Positions 56,721-64,000 of a stretch of DNA of 64,000 nt are shown in pieces. How positions within the stretch are numbered: the stretch's first letter is position 1; each line of letters starts with the position of its first letter. A program made the position numbers and the translations under genes. The notes under the pieces are model-generated. The model was not told where the DNA came from. It saw only the letters and a list, made by a program, of their open reading frames with translations, and did no database searches. The DNA comes from the human T2T-CHM13v2.0 reference genome, Homo sapiens. Location: NCBI RefSeq assembly GCF_009914755.1, contig NC_060941.1; one strand, 5' to 3'.

Positions 56721-57720
56721 ACCTGGCAACCTCCTCATCAGCTTTCAAACCCTTCTCACCTCTATCTACTTTCTCCTTGAAATAATCCCATCACTCTACA
56801 TTACTCAAATAGAAGGGCAACCACTTCGTGCCTTCCATATCTGTATAATCCACACTGAATTGTACCTGGCAACTGACCAGCATGCCTTCCTCACTGGACT
56901 GTAGGCACATGGGGCATCCTTGAGAATAAGAATAGCATTTTCCTTCTCTCCAACACAGTTCCTGGCACACAGAAATCACATAGTTTTATTTCTCAAAATA
57001 AGCCATAGCTAAAGTTACAATGCAGGCAGTGCTCACACTGGAGTACTACCTACATGTTTTGGGCTAAGGTACAGTTTTTCCATTTGCAGAGCCCCGAGCT
57101 GCCTGTGCTCCGCTGGTGACCTGAATAGATTAGCAGCAGCGAACCAAGGGAGCATAGCCAGCTCCTGTTTGGGAGGAGGGAGCTGGCTCCCTCCTTGCTC
57201 CAAAGAGCCCCTTTTGGGAAAGGAATGACTCTTAAGGCAGTATTGGATTTCCCTGCAAGATTTATGACCCAATTTAAAGTTATGGGGCTTTTATTAATTA
57301 TAATAAACACCAATTTCATTACACTTCAACTTCCAAAGAAATTACATACTATGGAAGGGAAATAAAATGTTAGTTTTGTGCTAATGCCAGGCACACATTA
57401 ACTGGCTGAGTACCCAGGAGACCAAGTTCCTGTTGGCTGCTCAGCTGGTGCAGAGGAAGGGGCATTTTGGAAGGGAGAGCCTGAGGGAGCTGTTTCCAGG
57501 ATTTAAATCCATTTGGTCAAAAACAAAGTAAATTAACTGTGCTGCCACATGGTGCTTGCAGGACCACTTCCTTTATGAGGAGCTGTAATGAGTAACACAC
57601 TTTGGCCCCTGAGCCTGGAGTTCTAGACCTGTCTCTGGCTTGCTGTGTGATCTCAGATGAGTTACTTCCCCTCTCTGTGTCTTGATTTTCTCATCTTAAA
57701 AATAAAGACTTAACGTAGGT

Positions 57721-57915
57721 CAGGTATGGCAAATAGATTTAATATCTTATGCAAATTCCAATTTATAGGAGGTAGTCACCTACAAGGCTATTTTGAGAAG
57801 GTTTCTGAAGTTTCGTCCAGGATTCCTGGGAAAGAGCAATATGATCAATTAGCAGTATCAGCTGGGGACACAAATTAGGAGGATGGAGGTCATGGTCTGG
57901 GTATTCACTATCCCA
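57721..57915. mobile_element. Old hAT-type MITE inserted in a MIR
   Basis: Imperfect TIRs caggtatggcaaata / tattcactatcccag; MIR sequence on both sides; family not named confidently. Confidence 0.5.
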
Positions 57916-58597
57916 GGACTTGATGGTCTCAAAGGTCCATTCTGGATTTGTGGTTTAATTTAAGGCTGTGTTCTTGGGATCCTGGAAACTTAGTCCATAA
58001 TCCTTATTTATAAAATAGATGTAGTGGATCATAAGTCACATGGTGTTGTACAGATTCAATGATGCTACATATGGCATGTGCTTTGCAACAGAAGACACTC
58101 AACAAATATTCCTATTCTTCAGCATTTCCATCCTACCCTCATAAAACCATGCTAATTGGTGACCCTCTCCATTTGTTGAGAGTTTTGGAGAACTTCCTCT
58201 TCCAAAGCCTCACCTCAGTCAAAGTCAGATACATGGGCTTTTTCAGCTACTTGCCCCTTGAGCATCATCTGAAGCCCCACAGATTCCAAAAGAAGAATTT
58301 TGTTTTTAAAGCTGATTGGCTCTATATTTTATTGTTATGGACTTCCCAACTCTGTGCTACTTTTATTTTTGCTGGGGAATGGAAAATATTTTGTCACTTC
58401 TAGGATGATAGGGCTTGATGAACCCCCTTAGGGGGTGGAGAAGAGGATTCAGCAACTTTGCACAATTGCTTCCTGCCAGATGTGAAATTAAGCTTCTGGG
58501 TGCAAACCCAGAGTACATTTGGATAATGGATGGGAAAGCCTGCTGGGCTTATGGGGAGGAAGAAGAGAAGAGGGGAAGGACAGAATGAGAGAAGCTC

Positions 58598-58632
58598 TGC
58601 GTGCGTGCGTGCGTGTGTGTGTGTGTGTGTGT
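58598..58632. repeat. (TGCG)4(TG)n microsatellite
   Basis: 35 bp of strict purine-pyrimidine alternation. Confidence 0.92.
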
Positions 58633-59402
58633 TCATGTGCTCTCTGGGCCTCATGATGTTCCAGTATTACATATTTCCAAGCAGAGAACAGATATCAGCA
58701 GAGCGAGTTGTTCTCTCCTGGGTGCCCTCACCTCTTCCCTGATGCCACCACTATGAGAGTCATATCGTTGTCCCTGAGTGGTTGAGAGCCCACATTTTGC
58801 CGTTATTCAGACCTGGGTTTGAATTTCAGCCTCAATACTCACACTAGCTATGTGCACTTGAGCAATCTTTGATGGGCCTCAGTATCCTCACCTGCAAAAT
58901 GAGATTAATAAATAGTGGGGTGGATAATCCATTGGTGTTTTGCAAGTGAACGTGTGAGAGAAGTGCTATGTTCAAGACACCTTATTGATGTGTTTTCAGC
59001 TTAGCCTTAAGTTACTGCATGAAAGAGACAGGACATTGACTCTTGCTGTGCCTTGGTCTCCCCAGCAGTCTACAAAGGAATGAGACAGGATGAAATCCCA
59101 GGCCCTTCTAGTTTTGACCATTGGCATAAATGATAAACATTGTCTGCACTCCTGGAGTACAGGGAGGATGCACCCCATGCATCCTGAATGCATGAACTAC
59201 TCTGATGAATACTTTCTGCTGCCCACCCTGCAATTAGAGCCCATATTGGGAAATTTCAGACTTTGACGTTGGGCTGCTGGGTTGTACATTCAAGTTCTGC
59301 CTTTACTTAAATATGTGGCTATGAACAAGTCACCTATGCTGTCCAGTCCTCCTTTGGATCCAGTCTTTTTGAATAAATGGGGGTTAGTGGCAAGCATTGA
59401 AG

Positions 59403-59690
<288 letters not shown>

Positions 59691-60059
59691 TGAATATTTT
59701 CTTCCATGTCATGTGTTTAGCACCTTGCCTGGCTGGTTATAAATAGTGAAGCAGCATGGCCTGCCATTCTGGGCTTGTAGTGCCCGGACTGAGACCTCCA
59801 TGCATGCTAGACTGTCCTTCTCTTAAGAAACAATAAAGCCAATTTTGCCTCTTAAGGGGTTGCCTAGTTTACTTGGAGCCAACAGACAAATAGCTTTTTA
59901 AAATCCTTCATAATTCAAGCGTGGTTGATACCTGGATGTCTTCCCAGGCTGAGTTGATCCTGGTAGGGAATCTTCTCTGATTATCCTCTACCATGCTGTG
60001 ATTTGGTATCTGTCCCACAAGTCCTGAAACATTGAGATTCTCTTTAAATCATGTCTTAC

Positions 60060-60310
60060 GAGGCAGAACAGTTGTAAGGCAAGAACATGGACTCTAGGTC
60101 CCATAAAACCAGAATTCAAATCCTGAATTCACCACTTACGGGGTGCATAACTTTGCAGCAAATACACTTAACTTATTTGAGTCTCAGTTCCTTCATCTGT
60201 AAAATGGAGACAACAGCAGCTGCCCTGTCAGGGTAATTATGACGATTAAATGAGATTAAAAAAAATGTAAAGCACTTTTTCAGTAGGCACTCAGTAGAAA
60301 CAATGTTTTC
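60060..60310 (+). mobile_element. MIR
   Basis: gtctcagttccttcatctgtaaaatggaga...gattaaatgaga. Confidence 0.85.
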
Positions 60311-62181
60311 CAATGTGAATTGTTACTCTGTTTATATTGTTATCCAATCAACCTTTAATTACCTCTAGGCAAAGATATGTTAATAATTTATTTATATTTC
60401 TTTTCTTTTTGCCTCAGAGCCTGGTAGAGGACAAATGAATGCATGAGCAAGAGCTCTGCTTAGCCTGACTTCAGGCCAAGGATGTGTCTTTTCTTCTTGG
60501 TTAGAATGTTCCTTCCCCAAGGATGGCATCTTGCAAGACAGTGCAGAAATGCAATAACTTCTAGAATATTCCTTTCTCATCGCTGGCTTTATGTTTCCCA
60601 CTGGTTCAACCTGCTCCATCAGATGTTTTTTTGGGGGGAATCTTCCCTTCCTGGCAGCCCAAGTAAGTTCTGATTTTGCATATGCAGAGAGTCTAGCGAC
60701 TCCGCAACAGCCAGGGTATGAATATTCATTGTCAGTCCTCAGCTGTGCAATGGACAAGAAATGCTGATGGAGGAGGATGGGCAGGGTCTGTTCGCTTGGC
60801 CTGCAGGGGCTCAGAGCTCCTCAAGGATGCATTAGCCCAATGGCCTGGCTCCTATCGGGGGCTGTCTGTAGCTTTGTAAGTTCTGGCAGTCACCCCTTGA
60901 CTTCAACAGTGACTCCAACCTCACCATGACAGAGTCTTGGCCCTTTGGGCATCTCGCTAATCTGAATCCTCTCAGAACCTGTGTGTAGCATTTATGATAG
61001 GCGAAACAGTTTACCCCATAGATTACAATTCACACTGTCTCCTGTGTCCCAGGGTCCCATGTCCCCAGCTTAGAAGGCAAAATTTACATTGTATTTTGTG
61101 TGTATGGTTCCCCCCAGGGTTGCACAACATGGTGGCCCTGGCCCCATCCATTGCTCATCACTCTGCTTTCTACAAAAGCCAGACATCCTGGCCGAAAAAT
61201 GAACCAGACAGGATAAAGGAGAAGCTAGTTGGTCCTATTGATTTACAGTCTTGAGATGGGTGGGGGCTTCAAGATTATAAAGTTTTACTAAAGCTCCCCA
61301 AAAGATGTCCATGGGTAGGCACATTGGAAAATAGGGGTTATACCATGATAAAGGGATATTATCACCAAATGGGCTATATGTGTGTGTGGTCAGTAGGAAG
61401 ACTTTGAAAAGGAGGGATTTTGGAGAAATATGAGCTTCTATTCCAAGTATTGTGTGTCAAAATGAGACTCACTCAGAGACCACTTCCTTCTTCCAACTTC
61501 AATGATATTCTGCACAGCATCTATCAAATGTCCTTTTGTTGCTCCTAAAGAAATAATGGTTTTGCCCCAAAGCCTCTCTCTCCTTCCCTCTGCATTTCAC
61601 ATTAAACTTTGTATTATGGCATCCCACCCCATTGCACTTTGCACTGTTCAAGGACAAAGACCATCTCTTAATCATCTTTGTGCACCCATAACATAGCACA
61701 GCATCTGCTATATGGTGGTATACAACAAATGGTTTAGAATGAAATGAAATATATCTTTATCCAGATTTCTGTAATTGGTTCATATTGACTTTAGCTAGAA
61801 ATCAAGTTTGAAGCAACTTACAATATGCAAAAGCCATGGCGGCACAGTGGTAAAACTGCACTTGCAGCAAATGTACCCATGTGCTTCATTTCAAAATAGT
61901 TAATATCCCTGGAAGGCTACATACTATTCCCAACAATATTACCTTTGCTCGGATGTATCTGAAATTCTAGTTTCCTAGCTGTTGTCTTCATAGCTGCAGG
62001 GATCAGGTGGAGCCTATGGGAGAGGGGAGCCCACCAGTGGCTGGAAACTCTGGGAAAGGGGCCTGTTGTGTGAATGATTATTGCAACTGTGAAAACAAGT
62101 CTAAGAGTGAGGATAAAAAGTTGGAAGTGGATTTACACCAGAGATGCCATGGCAGAAATCGAAGATGGATGATGAATATAG

Positions 62182-63081
<900 letters not shown>

Positions 63082-63313
63082 CCCCAATTCTAAATGAAGA
63101 AAATACATAGGCTTGGCAGGTTACAGGGTGCACAAGAATATTAACTTTCCATTTTTCCATACTTACTTCCAAAGTAAGTCACATGTTACTCTGATTAACT
63201 CAACTTACCCCTTCCTCCAATGGCTTTTGCCCGCTTGCCAAATTCATATTAATTCCTCCGAGGTAAAGATCCTCAAGTTTGAAGAAACAAAAATCTGAGT
63301 TAAAGCTCTAAAG

Positions 63314-63395
63314 AGAGCTTGCAGTGAGCTGAGATCGCGCCACTGCACTCCAGCCTGGGCGACAGAGCGAGACTCCATCTCAGGAAAAAAAAAAA
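63314..63395 (+). mobile_element. Very short 5'-truncated AluY
   Basis: gagcttgcagtgag...gatcgcgccactg with CpGs retained; perfect 12-bp TSD aaagctctaaag (63302-63313 / 63396-63407). Confidence 0.92.
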
Positions 63396-64000
63396 AAAGC
63401 TCTAAAGGAACTCCCCAAGAGAAGTTGTAAAAAAGTTTTCAGCAGAGGCAGCTCCATTTAAGGAAGTATTTCACCTCTCCACACCCTAGCTTAGCCACAT
63501 GACAGGGCGATGCTGCTGCCAGGGCCAGCTGTCAGCACTGAGATGGGGGTAGTGAAGCTGAACCGTGGGGTGGACCCCTGGAGTAAGCCTCAGGAGGATG
63601 TGAGTACCATGCTAACTTAGTTTCTTCCAATCTGTGGCCACTTCTCTCTATTTCTTGTCTTTCACGATCTTGACAATTTTGATGAGTATTGGTCAATTGG
63701 GGCAATACCGCCAGAGGGTGGCCAGGGTCTGAAACAGGCAAAGCAGAAGAGAGGCACTATACCTGAGCAACGGATGAATGAGGGTCAAAGCCTACAGGAG
63801 GAAGCCAGAGGAGGTAGACAGGACAAGGCTGGAGAGAGAGATTGGACGTGTGATTATGTGGACTACCTCTGATAAAGAGGTCTAAGTCCCTTCTCTATAA
63901 GAGGGCCTTGGAGACCCGGTATGAGATACACAAAGGGACCATTTTACTTAAATTTCAAATACTGAAACTTGTGTTCAAAATTTAATCATAGCAATATTCC

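Noticed and set aside
61832-61900. tRNA-like start (ggcggcacagtggtaaaac)
   Set aside because: Only an A-box-like stretch; no B box or cloverleaf.

Overview
Human non-coding genomic DNA, intergenic or deep intronic. The species call rests on an L1Hs-Ta fragment plus AluY/S/J elements. The window is CpG-depleted, and I see no CpG island, supportable protein-coding exon, RNA gene or CRISPR array. It is dominated by transposable elements: one full-length but inactivated L1PA4-like LINE-1 (41404-47527); a tiny young L1Hs-Ta insertion (29899-30055); nine Alu insertions; solo LTRs (MER50, LTR32-like, LTR33, MLT1); hAT/TcMar MITEs (MER5, MER20, MER3, MER53, MER58A, MER47, MER81); and many old MIR, L2, L3 and L1M fragments. 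Nearly all ORFs in the track are chance ORFs or repeat-derived. I found no convincing new biological system. The most unusual signals are: a ~300-bp fold-back inverted duplication inside an L2 that would form a near-perfect long RNA hairpin (34431-34734); several smaller template-switch-like scars; the probably polymorphic L1Hs-Ta; a symmetric cryptic exon candidate across the 5' junction of the big L1; a five-copy stem-loop array inside an LTR; and clusters of AP-1/ARE motifs between 16 and 38 kb. Subfamily names come from recalled consensus features, and boundaries of old repeats are approximate.
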